Shown here: positions 9,355 to 18,779 of the stretch, piece by piece
Layout of the letters: every line of letters starts with the position of its first letter
How positions within the stretch are numbered: the stretch's first letter is position 1
Assembly: GCA_964581775.1 (NCBI GenBank)
Contig: CAZOQA010000005.1
Span: 52 to 64,051 of the forward strand
Direction: 5' to 3'
Source: an uncultured Thermoplasmatales archaeon
GTDB taxonomy: Archaea; Thermoplasmatota; SW-10-69-26
DNA length: 64,000 bases
Made by a program: the position numbers and the translations under genes
The notes under the pieces: generated by a model
Seen by the model: the letters and a program-made list of their open reading frames with translations, nothing else
What the model was told of the DNA's origin: nothing
Database searches by the model: none

Positions 9355-11334
9355 GTGCGACCTCTCGAGACGGGAACGCTTGCCCTCGCGCTCGCCGCGG
9401 TCCTGGTCCTCGTGATGGCGCCCCCCAGCGCGGCCCACCACGACGCGGAAAACGCGCCCGAGCCCGACGCTGGCCCCGAGCTCGTGCTCGAGCACGGCGA
9501 GAACACCACCTGGCGGGATGTCGCGTTCGACCCGACCACCGACGAGGCCGTGCTGGTCGGCGACCGTGCCGCGGAGGACGGTCCGCGCGACGTGGTCGCC
9601 ACGTGGGCCCCCCAAGCGGGGCTCGAGATCGTCCTGGACCGACCCGGATCCGGGCTCGTGGACGTGAGCGTCGACGAGGAGGGGCGACACCTGATCGTGG
9701 GCTTGCACGATACGATCCTGCTCGGCGAGCCCGGGGACTACCGGAACGTCTGGAACGAGAGCGAGTTCTCCCAAGCCGACGAAGGGTACACGTTCTACGG
9801 GCTCAACGGCGCCTTCGAGCCGGGTCACGGGCACGCCGTCCTCGCCGGGTCCAGCCTGCTACGCATGGACCCCGACGGGTCCCTGGAGACCCTTCACGGA
9901 GGCCAGAACGCGTTCTTCCGCACGCTCGACTGGAACCCGCGCGCCTCGAACCTCCTCGTGGAAGCAGCCGTCGAAGAAGACCAACAACGAGCCTGCGAAG
10001 GCACGAGCCCCCCCACCCTGTTCGGGACGCTCTGGCGGACCGACGGCATCCCGCCCTCCCAGGGAACCGGCGGGCTGGAGAACGTGGCCCTGTACGGGAA
10101 CAAGGAGCCCGGGTGCGGTCTCGCCAACGCGATCGCGCACGCCCCCAACGGGACGTTCGCGCTCGCCGCAGGACGCGACGACCAAGGCGCGTCCCTGTAC
10201 ACGTGGGCCGCGGATCGCCCCGACGACGACGCCTGGCGCTACCAGCCCACGGAGAAGCCGGAAGGCCCCATCACGTGCATCGCCTGGCACCCCACGGGAC
10301 GCTACGCCGTCACCACGGGCCTCGACCAGGATGTGGTGGGCCTGGCCAGCGATCGCGCCTGGGCGCCCCTTCTGCACCAGGGACCCAACCTGCACGGGTG
10401 CGCGATGCACCCGCAGGGGGACTACGCGTTGGGCGTGGGCGAACAGGGAGCCCTCGTGATGGTCCCCCACGAGACGGGGCCAGTCGTCACGGTGGCCCAC
10501 CCAGGCCCCGGCTCCCTGGTCGCGCCCCAAGAGGAACAACGGTTCCTGCTGGACCTGATCGACCGGGGAGGAGCAGGCAACGCGACCCTCACGGGCACCC
10601 TGGACGGTACGGATGGGATGCACGAGGCGTTCCTGACGCCCCCGTGGTGGGAGCTACGCGTGGACACGCGCAACCTCTCCGAGGGGTTGCACACGCTCGA
10701 GGTCACAGCCCACACCGACGCTGGCGAGAGCACGATCACGCACCCATTCCTGGTGAACGCGGACCGGTTCACGCCCGAGACGCCGCGGATCCAAGACCCC
10801 GAAGGGCTAGACGGCCAAGGCTTGTCCACGACGGGCACGTTCACGATCCGATGGCAACCCCTGGATGCGCCGCTGCACTACCAGGTACGCCAAGAGCACA
10901 CCGGCCAACAAACCAACGCGACGCGCATCCTGGACGCCGGCGACGCGGACGAGCTGACCGTGGACATCAACCAGGAGGGCACGTACGCCTTCAGCGTGCG
11001 CTCCGTGAACGCGTTCAACTCGAGCCCGTGGAGCTCGAACGTGGTCGTGAACGTCGCCTTCGACGAGCAGGGCCCCCAACGCGGGGACGGGGACTTCCGA
11101 ACGTGCTCAAGCCCCAGCGAAACCTCCGACGTCTCCTGGCGGGAATGCGTGCTCGGCATCGATCGTGACGACGACGCGGACACGGACGGTGGTGGGGGAT
11201 CTAGCGGGGAAGACGATGGCGGGGGACCTGACGGGGAAGACGATGGCGGGGACGAGGGCCATCCCGTACCGGGGCCTGGGCTGGTGGCGTTGGTCATCGC
11301 TTCGACCTTCGGGGCCTTGATCCGACGCGGTTGA
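9355..11334 (+). CDS. Cell-surface protein: signal peptide, 7-blade beta-propeller, Ig/FN3 domains, acidic linker, VPGPG-TM-RRG anchor
   Basis: Seven repeats of type hydrophobic-x-W/F/H-x-P (VAFDP, VSVD, AFEP, LDWNP, IAHAP, IAWHP, CAMHP); FN3-like YAFSVRSVNAFNSSPWS; C-terminus PVPGPGLVALVIASTFGALIRRG. Confidence 0.8.
   Translation: MRPLETGTLALALAAVLVLVMAPPSAAHHDAENAPEPDAGPELVLEHGENTTWRDVAFDPTTDEAVLVGDRAAEDGPRDVVATWAPQAGLEIVLDRPGSGLVDVSVDEEGRHLIVGLHDTILLGEPGDYRNVWNESEFSQADEGYTFYGLNGAFEPGHGHAVLAGSSLLRMDPDGSLETLHGGQNAFFRTLDWNPRASNLLVEAAVEEDQQRACEGTSPPTLFGTLWRTDGIPPSQGTGGLENVALYGNKEPGCGLANAIAHAPNGTFALAAGRDDQGASLYTWAADRPDDDAWRYQPTEKPEGPITCIAWHPTGRYAVTTGLDQDVVGLASDRAWAPLLHQGPNLHGCAMHPQGDYALGVGEQGALVMVPHETGPVVTVAHPGPGSLVAPQEEQRFLLDLIDRGGAGNATLTGTLDGTDGMHEAFLTPPWWELRVDTRNLSEGLHTLEVTAHTDAGESTITHPFLVNADRFTPETPRIQDPEGLDGQGLSTTGTFTIRWQPLDAPLHYQVRQEHTGQQTNATRILDAGDADELTVDINQEGTYAFSVRSVNAFNSSPWSSNVVVNVAFDEQGPQRGDGDFRTCSSPSETSDVSWRECVLGIDRDDDADTDGGGGSSGEDDGGGPDGEDDGGDEGHPVPGPGLVALVIASTFGALIRRG
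11205..11251 (+). repeat. 20-bp direct repeat (27-bp period) encoding a GEDDGG acidic linker
   Basis: CGGGGAAGACGATGGCGGGG at 11205-11224 and 11232-11251. Confidence 0.8.
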
Positions 11335-11430
11335 GTTGGAGAGCCTTGACCTGCCACCTGGGGCGGCGTCGCTTCGACCCTCTTGCATCGCTGAAGATGC
11401 GGTCTCAGCCGTTCCGCTTCAGTCGAGGGC

Positions 11431-11460
11431 ACGAATTGACAACAAAGTCTTTCTATTCGT
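11431..11460. promoter_or_regulatory. Imperfect inverted repeat, candidate operator of the HTH-SRPBCC pair
   Basis: ACGAATtGAcA-N8-TtTCtATTCGT just upstream of the GTG at 11477. Confidence 0.45.
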
Positions 11461-11476
11461 AGGCGCTTCCCACCGC

Positions 11477-12121
11477 GTGAATGATGACCAGGCACCGGCC
11501 GGGATCACAACCCTCCACGATGCCGCCGCGGCCGAGCTCCTGCTGGACCCGTTGCGTTCCCGACTGATCGCGCACGCGACCGAGCCCATCTCGGCCACGC
11601 AACTCGGCGAACGCATGGACCAGCCCCGCCAGAAGATCAACTACCACGTCCACAAGCTCGCCGAGGCAGGGCTCCTCGAACGTGCAGGAAGCCGGCCCCG
11701 CCGGGGTTTCACCGAGAAGCTCTACCAGGCCACCGCCGAAGCATACGTGATCGCCCCGAGTCTTCTGGGTCCGCTTGCGCCCGACCCATCCGAAGGCCAG
11801 GACGCCTTCAGCGCCGCGCATCTCTTGGCCCTGACATCCCGCACCCAATCCGAGCTCTCCCAGGTCCTCGCCGACGCACGGGAGGATGACGAGCGCGTGG
11901 CCACCCTTTCCATCGACGCCAGGGTGCACTTCGCATCGCCGACCCAGCGCGCCGCGTTCACCCACGCCCTCGAGGAGGCCATCGCACGCCTCCTCCGCAA
12001 GCATACCGCCAGCGTGGACGAGGACGGTCAGCCGCCGGCGGGAACGCGCCCGTTCCGGTTCTTAATCACCAGCCATCCGGTCCCAGCGAGCACCGAGGAG
12101 GATACCAGCGATGACGCATGA
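11477..12121 (+). CDS. ArsR-like winged HTH transcriptional regulator
   Basis: LLDPLRSRLI...SATQLGERMDQPRQKINYHVHKLAEAGLLE...EKLYQATA. Confidence 0.85.
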   Translation: MNDDQAPAGITTLHDAAAAELLLDPLRSRLIAHATEPISATQLGERMDQPRQKINYHVHKLAEAGLLERAGSRPRRGFTEKLYQATAEAYVIAPSLLGPLAPDPSEGQDAFSAAHLLALTSRTQSELSQVLADAREDDERVATLSIDARVHFASPTQRAAFTHALEEAIARLLRKHTASVDEDGQPPAGTRPFRFLITSHPVPASTEEDTSDDA

Positions 12122-12941
12122 AGGAAGCGACCACAAGGGACGACGCATCGACGAGGAGACAACCATCGACACAGCCCCGGCACACGCTTGGGCCGCGTTC
12201 GCCGACCCCGACGAGCTGGCACGCTGGTTCGTCGACCGCGCAGCCGGTTCGGCCGAACCCGGGGGTCAGCTTACATGGGGATGGGATGACTACGATCTCG
12301 AACAGACGCTTGACGTCGTCGAGGCCGAAGACGGGAAACGCCTCGTCCTAAGCGTCACGTGGGGCCAAGGGACCCCCACCCTGATCGAGATCACAATCGA
12401 TCCTCTTGAGCACGGGTGTGTTGTGCGCCTGGTGCATAGCGGGTTCCGAGACGATGGTTCCTGGGACGGCGAGTACGAGGGGGCCAAGAGCGGGTGGACG
12501 AACGCGCTGGCCCACCTCCGCGTCTATCTTGAGGACTACCGTGGCCAGGACAAGCGGACACTGGACCTCGTCCGACCTGCCGCCTATGCTAGGGAGGATG
12601 TGCACGCGGCCACACGCACCCCGAAGGGCCTTGCAGGCTGGCTTGGCACGGCCAATCACAGGCTTGATACCGTCGGCGACACGGTTCGAATCGAACTGGA
12701 AAACGGCGATCTGCTGACCGGGGAGGTCGTCTCGGTCACCGACTGGGAAACATCCGTCACATGGCAGGAGGTCGAGGGGATCCTCACCTTCCAAGCCTTC
12801 CCCGGAGAGCAAGACATCGAGCAGGGCGACCGCATGCTCGGGTTGCGCGTGACGAGCTGGGGGAGCGAAGACCTTCTGGAACCGTACCGGAGCGATCTCA
12901 AGGCGTCGTTGGATCGCCTTGTCGAGATCGTCCAGCTCTGA
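12111..12941 (+). CDS. SRPBCC/AHSA1-like domain protein (two domains)
   Basis: AWAAFADPDELARWF, VRLVHSGF...GWTNALAHLRVYLE; overlaps the regulator gene. Confidence 0.85.
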   Translation: MTHEGSDHKGRRIDEETTIDTAPAHAWAAFADPDELARWFVDRAAGSAEPGGQLTWGWDDYDLEQTLDVVEAEDGKRLVLSVTWGQGTPTLIEITIDPLEHGCVVRLVHSGFRDDGSWDGEYEGAKSGWTNALAHLRVYLEDYRGQDKRTLDLVRPAAYAREDVHAATRTPKGLAGWLGTANHRLDTVGDTVRIELENGDLLTGEVVSVTDWETSVTWQEVEGILTFQAFPGEQDIEQGDRMLGLRVTSWGSEDLLEPYRSDLKASLDRLVEIVQL

Positions 12942-13015
12942 CGCGGGGAGCGTGAAGAAATTCGGGTCTATACCGTTCCTCGGGCGGATCCTGGCACCGC
13001 TACCTCCGTGGGGCG

Positions 13016-14062
13016 TTAGATCTCGTCCAGGATGAGCTCGTCGAGCCCGGCGACGCGTTTCTGCCAGTCATCGGGATGCGCCATGCGCGTGGCCGCGTAC
13101 ATGTTCGAGAGCAACGCGTTGCCGTCCTGGGGCGTAAAGCAGAACCCGGTCACCGTGTCCTCGTCCACGAACAGGGAGTCGACGGCGATGACGCCCTGGT
13201 TCACGATGCGTCCGAAGGGCCCAAACTCGCGCCCCATGTTGAACACCAGATCCGCGTCCATCTTGTGCGTGGTGGCCACGAGAGGGTCCTCCTCGATGCG
13301 CTCGAGCACGGTGGCTTCGTCGACGTCCTCCTCGAGCTCGAACCGGAACCAGACCGTGTGCATGAACTGCGTGGGGACCTTAATCGCGCTCGAGAACAGG
13401 TCCAGCTCGGTGCCGGTCGTCTCGTAGAGGTCGACGACGTCGTGCGCGTGGTGGGTCCCCTCCGCGGCGTCGTGGACGGACAGGTGCGGCGCAAGGGGGG
13501 CCGCGCCGGCTTGGCCCACGTCCGTCCCGCGGCGGATGCAGACGACGGAGCCCTCGTCGAAGCGGTCGTACCGGTTCCCTGTGAGCACGCGCACGAGGCT
13601 GGCGATGGTGTGCGTGTTGCAGGAGACGATGTGCACGAACCGGTCGTCCAGCGCGTCGAGCACGTCGTCGTTGACGTGAGCCGCGTAGGGGGTCCCGAAC
13701 CCGGCCTCGGAGCCTTGGGCCAGGAACCCGGCGGGCCCGTCCATGCCTTCGTACGCGGGTTTGCGGTCGAGCGCGATGCCGCTGGGCGTGGCCTCGATGA
13801 CGACGGTGGAGGCTTCGGCGGTGCCTTCGAGGGCTCCGTCGACGGTGAACCCTTCCTGCTCGAACTCGGAGCGTCGGTCGTCCTCGACGACGAAGCGCGC
13901 GCCGCGGGAGCGGAGCCGCTCGATGAGGGGGCGGTCGCGGGCTCGAGGGGTGTGCTTGGTGAACGTGACCTCGTCGAACCCGAGCTCGGTCCCGTACGTG
14001 GAGAACAGGTGCACGAGGGGGGCTCCGATCGTTCCTGCCCCTTGGACGTGGACGTGGGCCAT
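13016..14062 (-). CDS. gap: Type II (archaeal) glyceraldehyde-3-phosphate dehydrogenase
   Basis: GAGTIG Rossmann motif, catalytic VSCNT; near tpiA. Confidence 0.8.
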   Translation of the reverse strand: MAHVHVQGAGTIGAPLVHLFSTYGTELGFDEVTFTKHTPRARDRPLIERLRSRGARFVVEDDRRSEFEQEGFTVDGALEGTAEASTVVIEATPSGIALDRKPAYEGMDGPAGFLAQGSEAGFGTPYAAHVNDDVLDALDDRFVHIVSCNTHTIASLVRVLTGNRYDRFDEGSVVCIRRGTDVGQAGAAPLAPHLSVHDAAEGTHHAHDVVDLYETTGTELDLFSSAIKVPTQFMHTVWFRFELEEDVDEATVLERIEEDPLVATTHKMDADLVFNMGREFGPFGRIVNQGVIAVDSLFVDEDTVTGFCFTPQDGNALLSNMYAATRMAHPDDWQKRVAGLDELILDEI

Positions 14063-14120
14063 GGTGCGTGAACTCAGCCTCCCCGTTCCTTAAAAAGGAT
14101 ATGCCCCGGTCCTCGAACCG

Positions 14121-14693
14121 TCAGCGCTTGCACAGGTCGACGAAGTTCTCGAACACGCGCGTGCCGTGTTCGGTGTGGGAGACCTCGGGGTGGAACTGCA
14201 ACCCGTACAGCCCTCGCTGCGTGTCCCGCATGGCTTGGACGTCGCACTCTTGGCTATGCGCGAGCACCTCGAAGCCGTCCGGGACCGTCGTGACCTCGTC
14301 GTTGTGGCTCTCCCAGACTTGGCTTCTCTTGGGGAGCCCTTCGAGGATGTCGTCCTGCTTGACATCCTCGTTGAGCACGAGCTCGGTCTTCCCGAACTCG
14401 GGGGTCCCTGCGGCCTCGGCCTCCCCGCCAAAGTGCCGGGCCATGAACTGGTGACCTGCGCAGATGCCTAGGATGGGCACGTCCGCCGCGTCGAGGTAGC
14501 TGGCGCATTCGCCGAGCGTGTCCTCCAGGCCGACGCGAGGGGCGCCCCCGGAGAGCACGAGCCCGTCCACGTCCAGGTCGTCCAGGGGCGTGGTGTTGGG
14601 TTTGATCTCCGTGTCCACGCCGATGTCGCGCAGCAGCCGCCATTCTCGGTGGGTCCACTGGCCGCCGTTGTCGATGACGACGATGCGCACCAT
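14121..14693 (-). CDS. guaAA: GMP synthase glutamine amidotransferase subunit A
   Basis: IDNGGQWTH, LSGG, PILGICAGHQ, QFHPEV (Cys-His-Glu triad). Confidence 0.92.
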   Translation of the reverse strand: MVRIVVIDNGGQWTHREWRLLRDIGVDTEIKPNTTPLDDLDVDGLVLSGGAPRVGLEDTLGECASYLDAADVPILGICAGHQFMARHFGGEAEAAGTPEFGKTELVLNEDVKQDDILEGLPKRSQVWESHNDEVTTVPDGFEVLAHSQECDVQAMRDTQRGLYGLQFHPEVSHTEHGTRVFENFVDLCKR

Positions 14694-14814
14694 CAGGCGA
14701 GCCTCCTCGGGTGCGTCCGCGGGCGGGGATCCTGGTGTTTGACCATCGGGTTGCCGGCTCGTACCCCCCGCGGGCTCTTAAGCGTTCTTCCAGGGGGCGG
14801 TCCTTTCAAGGAGG

Positions 14815-15528
14815 ATGGCGGCGTTCGGGTCCGCGATGCCCAGACTCGAACGGGGTTCCACGCCCCTGATCGTCATCAACATGAAGGTCTACCCGCAAGG
14901 GTTGGGCGAGAACGCAGCCCGCCTTGCAACGGAGCTCGAGGACGCAGCCTCCTCGTTCCCCGAGGCCACGGTCGCCGTGGCGCCCAGCCATCCCGACCTT
15001 GCACGCGTGCGGGATGCCACCGAGCTGCCGGTGCTGGCTCAGCACACGGACGGTCACGAGCCCGGGTCCGGGACGGGCCGCGTCCTGCCTGAAAGCTTGG
15101 ATGCCCTGGGTGTGGAGGGGAGCTTGATCAACCACGCCGAGCGGCAGATCCCCCGCAAGGAGGCCGAGCGCTCCGTGGCCCGGTTGAGGGATCACGGCCT
15201 GGCCTCGGTCGTGTGCGCGGAGGATGAAAGCGTCGTTCGCGAGGTCACGGGGTTCGATCCGACGTTCGTGGCCATGGAGCCTCCCGCCCTGATCGGGGGG
15301 GATGTTTCCGTGACGACGGCGAACCCGAGCATCATCGAGGAGAGCGTGCAGGCGGCAAAGAAGGTGGACGAAGACGTGCCCGTGTTGTGCGGAGCGGGCG
15401 TGAAGACCGGCGAGGATGTCTCCACGGCGCTTGACCTGGGCACGTGGGGTGTGCTGGTTGCGTCCGCTGTCGTGAAGGCAGATGATCCCGGGGACGCGTT
15501 GTCTACGTTGCTAGACGGAGCTACGTGA
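14815..15528 (+). CDS. tpiA: Triosephosphate isomerase (archaeal short form)
   Basis: INMKVY, AQH, SLINHAE, AMEPPALIGG, LCGAGV, GVLVASAVVKA. Confidence 0.95.
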   Translation: MAAFGSAMPRLERGSTPLIVINMKVYPQGLGENAARLATELEDAASSFPEATVAVAPSHPDLARVRDATELPVLAQHTDGHEPGSGTGRVLPESLDALGVEGSLINHAERQIPRKEAERSVARLRDHGLASVVCAEDESVVREVTGFDPTFVAMEPPALIGGDVSVTTANPSIIEESVQAAKKVDEDVPVLCGAGVKTGEDVSTALDLGTWGVLVASAVVKADDPGDALSTLLDGAT

Positions 15529-15587
15529 GGGGAGAGCGACCCCAGGTCTGCAGTCGATGGGGAGGCGGCAGAGCCGCCTGGCCGCGA

Positions 15588-15773
15588 TCACGACTTCCGG
15601 AGGTAGGGAAGGCCGGTCGATTCGTTGACCCCGACCTCGTACCCGTCTGGAAGCTCCGTCTTCTCCCCGGACTTCGGTTTCCCTTTGGAGAAGAAATAGA
15701 TCGTTTGCGTCCCACCGTTCTTCAGATCCACGTCCCGTTCATAGAGCGTGTAGCCATTGTGTTTGTACGGCAT
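15588..15773 (-). CDS. Small conserved-looking 61-aa hypothetical protein
   Basis: MPYKHNGYTLYERDV...TIYFFSK...LPDGYEVGVNESTGLPYLRKS; GGGTG RBS and an AT-rich promoter upstream. Confidence 0.75.
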   Translation of the reverse strand: MPYKHNGYTLYERDVDLKNGGTQTIYFFSKGKPKSGEKTELPDGYEVGVNESTGLPYLRKS

Positions 15774-15819
15774 CCCTGGCACCCGACGAGAGGATGGAGA
15801 ACGGGGGCAAGAAGGTTCC

Positions 15820-15842
15820 GCTTTAAATTGTACATAAATACC
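15820..15842 (-). promoter_or_regulatory. AT-rich TATA-like promoter of the 61-aa gene
   Basis: TATTTATGTACAATTTAAAG on the minus strand, standing out from the GC-rich context. Confidence 0.55.
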
Positions 15843-15983
15843 CAATCCTCCCTGGATAGCTGCCAAGGTGGCCAAGCCGGCCGGTCCGGCGTGGCGGGCT
15901 GGGTGCGGGAGGGCACGCATGGATGGGAGCCAATTAAAAAGGCGAACGTTCTTGGCGAGGCAAATGGAGGCCGGCCCTGAACG

Positions 15984-16493
15984 ATGTCATCCCCCTCTGG
16001 AGGCATGTTAGTGGCCCGGCCGGAGGAGGTCGTGCAGGCTGCGCGATCCAACGGGATCGAGGCCACGCTGTTCTCCGGACTCGATCCTGTCCGCACCGTG
16101 ATCGAGGCCTCCCAGACGCTTGACCGGGACCTTTCCGAGGTCGTGAACACGGTGCTGGTCACCGTGGGAGAGGACCCGGTGCTCGTGCTCGTTCCAGGCG
16201 ACCGACGGGTGGACGGTCGCCTCGTGGGGGAACTGTACGGGGCGGAGCCGCTGAAGGTGTCCCTGGCCACGCGGAGGGAGACTGAGGAGCAGACAGGGTA
16301 CTCGACGAGCCTGATCCCTCCCTTCGGCTTGGAGGAGAGCATCGAGGTGCTCGTGGACGAGAACCTGCTCGAGCACGAGACGATCGTGATGCCGACCGGG
16401 AGCCCCCGAGCCATGCTTGAGGTCCGCTCGGAGGATCTGACCAACCTCCCGAACTCGACGCTTGGGACCTGGTCGATCCCTGCCGAGGAGTAG
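15984..16493 (+). CDS. YbaK/aminoacyl-tRNA deacylase-like protein
   Basis: VVNTVLV, PVLVLVPGDRRVD, IPPFGL, VLVDENL, GSPR. Confidence 0.85.
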   Translation: MSSPSGGMLVARPEEVVQAARSNGIEATLFSGLDPVRTVIEASQTLDRDLSEVVNTVLVTVGEDPVLVLVPGDRRVDGRLVGELYGAEPLKVSLATRRETEEQTGYSTSLIPPFGLEESIEVLVDENLLEHETIVMPTGSPRAMLEVRSEDLTNLPNSTLGTWSIPAEE

Positions 16494-16561
16494 CCGCCTG
16501 CTTCGCTCTGGCATGGTCAGAGGGTTTATCAACGGTTCGTCGGTATGGCTCGGGTAAGCTC

Positions 16562-16879
16562 ATGGCTGACGAGGGCGATACCAGCAACGAGTTCCGCGGA
16601 CCCCTCCCCGACAAGCGCAAGAATGAGATGTTCGCCATCGCGAAGAAGCTGCTCGGCGGGTCCCGGCTTCGCGTGGTGTGCGAGGACGGAGAGACGCGCA
16701 TGGCCCGGATCAAGGGCAAGCACAAGCGGCGCATGTGGATCCGGGAAGGGGACCTTTTGATCATCCAGCCGTGGGACTTCCAGGATGAGAAAGCGGACGT
16801 GGTGTACAGGTACGTGAAAAACCAGTCCCAGTACCTCTCCCGGAAGAACGTGATCCCGGACGACCTGGACGTCTTTTAG
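16562..16879 (+). CDS. eif1a: Translation initiation factor aIF-1A
   Basis: KLLGGSRLRVVCEDGETRMARIKGKHKRRMWIREGDLLII.PW..Q.EKAD. Confidence 0.97.
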   Translation: MADEGDTSNEFRGPLPDKRKNEMFAIAKKLLGGSRLRVVCEDGETRMARIKGKHKRRMWIREGDLLIIQPWDFQDEKADVVYRYVKNQSQYLSRKNVIPDDLDVF

Positions 16880-17832
16880 GCCTCCAGTCGCTTACCTCTG
16901 GCCCGTCCCTTGAACTTCTCTGCGACCCGATCGGTCAGGGGCAAGATCAGCCCCCAGAACACGAGAACGAGCACCAGGAACAGAACCCAGCCCCCGTGCG
17001 CGTGAACGGTTTGCAGGGCGTCCCCTCCCCAACGATGGCCCACGATGGCTAAGCCCACTAGGCGGACCATGTTCACGAGGTAGACGGCCGCGATGCCGAT
17101 CAGGAACATCCCCCCGAACCTGCGGGGCGAGGTTCTCCTTTTCCACGCGTCCAGGCCCAACAGACCCAAGAACAAGATCCCTGGCTGGATGCCCGCGCAC
17201 ACCAACCCGACGGTGAGGAAAAGCTCCCCCCGCGGCGTCTGCAGGGAAAGCGTTTGGCCATGGTTGGCCACCTCGAACCCGAGCGCGGTCAAGGACGCTT
17301 CCATGGGAGGCACCAGGGCGTGTTCGATGAACGCGTCCAGCGGAGAGGCCCCCGCACCGGCGTCCAGCGCGGCGTCGAAGGCCCAGATGCCCAGCGGGGC
17401 CCCCAGCAGCGGCAGGCTCCACGCGACGAGGCTCCCCACGCGGACAGGACCCAGCGGCCGGTGGAGGTCGGGGGCGGCGGCCAGGAGCGCGATCCCGTAG
17501 GCAAGCAGCGCAAGCTTCGGAGAGGTCCACGAAGCTCCCGCGGCGAGGTTGTAGGACAGGACGCCTCCAGCTGCGAAGAAGCCAAGCAGCAAGGTGGCGA
17601 GCGTTCTCCCAGACGTCTCTTCATTCATCTGTTGGCGAGGACGGGGACCAGAGCCCCGAGAGGTGCCCGCCGAGAGCCCAAGGGGGACCAGCAAGCCAAG
17701 TCCCACCACGATGAGACCGGCCCCCACCCACAGGGACTCGTGCGCGAGCACGTCGAGCAACACCAGGGCCCCGTACCCGAACAGCAGCAGCCCCGCCAGG
17801 AAGCCGAGTCTACGTGGCTCGCTCGTGCTCAT
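16876..17832 (-). CDS. Archaeosortase/exosortase family transpeptidase (ArtC-like)
   Basis: Multi-TM protein; Cys (VGLVCAG), Arg (VNMVR) and His (VHAHGGW) catalytic triad. Confidence 0.82.
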   Translation of the reverse strand: MSTSEPRRLGFLAGLLLFGYGALVLLDVLAHESLWVGAGLIVVGLGLLVPLGLSAGTSRGSGPRPRQQMNEETSGRTLATLLLGFFAAGGVLSYNLAAGASWTSPKLALLAYGIALLAAAPDLHRPLGPVRVGSLVAWSLPLLGAPLGIWAFDAALDAGAGASPLDAFIEHALVPPMEASLTALGFEVANHGQTLSLQTPRGELFLTVGLVCAGIQPGILFLGLLGLDAWKRRTSPRRFGGMFLIGIAAVYLVNMVRLVGLAIVGHRWGGDALQTVHAHGGWVLFLVLVLVFWGLILPLTDRVAEKFKGRARGKRLEA

Positions 17833-17838
17833 CGTTCA

Positions 17839-18666
17839 TCACGATCCTTTGTACGTGGCGGCGACGACGCCCGAGCCGCCGATCACGGCGGCCGCGATCA
17901 GGGCGGGGGCTCCAAGGACGGAGCTCGCGGACGCTTCGATCACCGGGCACGCGTGGCTTCGCCCGTGCTCGTTCTCGGCGAGCACCTGGTACTGGTACGT
18001 GGTCGTGAGGTTCGTCTGCGAGTCCTCGTAGACCGTCCCGTTCGTGGTCGCCAGCGTCGTCCAGATCCCCCCCTCGGCACGCTTCACGGTGTAGGCCTCC
18101 GCGTCGGGCGCGTCCTCCCACGCCAGCTCGATCGTGCCATCCGCGCGTTCGTCCACGTACACCTGCTCCGAGCAGGCGGGCGCACCCTCCCTGGTTTCTT
18201 GCCCGTCAGAGCACCCGGCGAGAGCCACGCTCGTGCGGCCCGTCGCGTGCCCGCCTTGGTCCATGGGCGGGGAGGTCTCGTTCATCTCTGCGTAGAGCTC
18301 GCGGGATCCCTCCATGTGCTCCTCGACGCGGAAGGGCCCGGCCTCGAACGCGTACATGCCCGTCCCGTCCGAATCGGCCCGGAACGATTCCAGTACGGTA
18401 CCGTTCCACGCGCTCTCGTCCGCTTCGACGACCAGGCGTACTTCCTCATGGGAGAGGCCGTGACCGTGGACCCAGAACTCGCAACGGACCTCCGTCGTCC
18501 GGGGACCCTCCGCCTCGTCTTGGAGGGTGATCTCGCCATGGTCCTGGTTGGTGTGAGCGTCCACGATCGCGGCCGCCGCCAGGAGGGCAGCCAGGACAGC
18601 CAGCACCGACAGGGGAAGCCCCCGCCTTGTCCAACGGTCCCGGGAACTCGACTGGATGACATCCAC
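17839..18666 (-). CDS. Secreted FN3-domain protein with C-terminal TM anchor, probable archaeosortase substrate
   Basis: TRRG twin-arginine-like signal; FN3-like IELAWED...YTVKR...YEDS...YQYQVLAEN; terminal hydrophobic helix followed by KGS. Confidence 0.7.
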   Translation of the reverse strand: MDVIQSSSRDRWTRRGLPLSVLAVLAALLAAAAIVDAHTNQDHGEITLQDEAEGPRTTEVRCEFWVHGHGLSHEEVRLVVEADESAWNGTVLESFRADSDGTGMYAFEAGPFRVEEHMEGSRELYAEMNETSPPMDQGGHATGRTSVALAGCSDGQETREGAPACSEQVYVDERADGTIELAWEDAPDAEAYTVKRAEGGIWTTLATTNGTVYEDSQTNLTTTYQYQVLAENEHGRSHACPVIEASASSVLGAPALIAAAVIGGSGVVAATYKGS

Positions 18667-18779
18667 CGGCGTCTGGGCTCCCCCGCAAGGTCCCTAAGGC
18701 GATTCTGGGACGAAGATGGTCCCTTGAGCCGCATCCTGGCTCCCGCCCGGCCAAGCCGTTAAATAGCGGTCCCCGCTCC

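Noticed and set aside
11370-11430. Possible stem-loop RNA after the beta-propeller gene
   Set aside because: Only short interrupted stems (CTGAAG/CTTCAG, CCCTC/GAGGG) and no dedicated promoter
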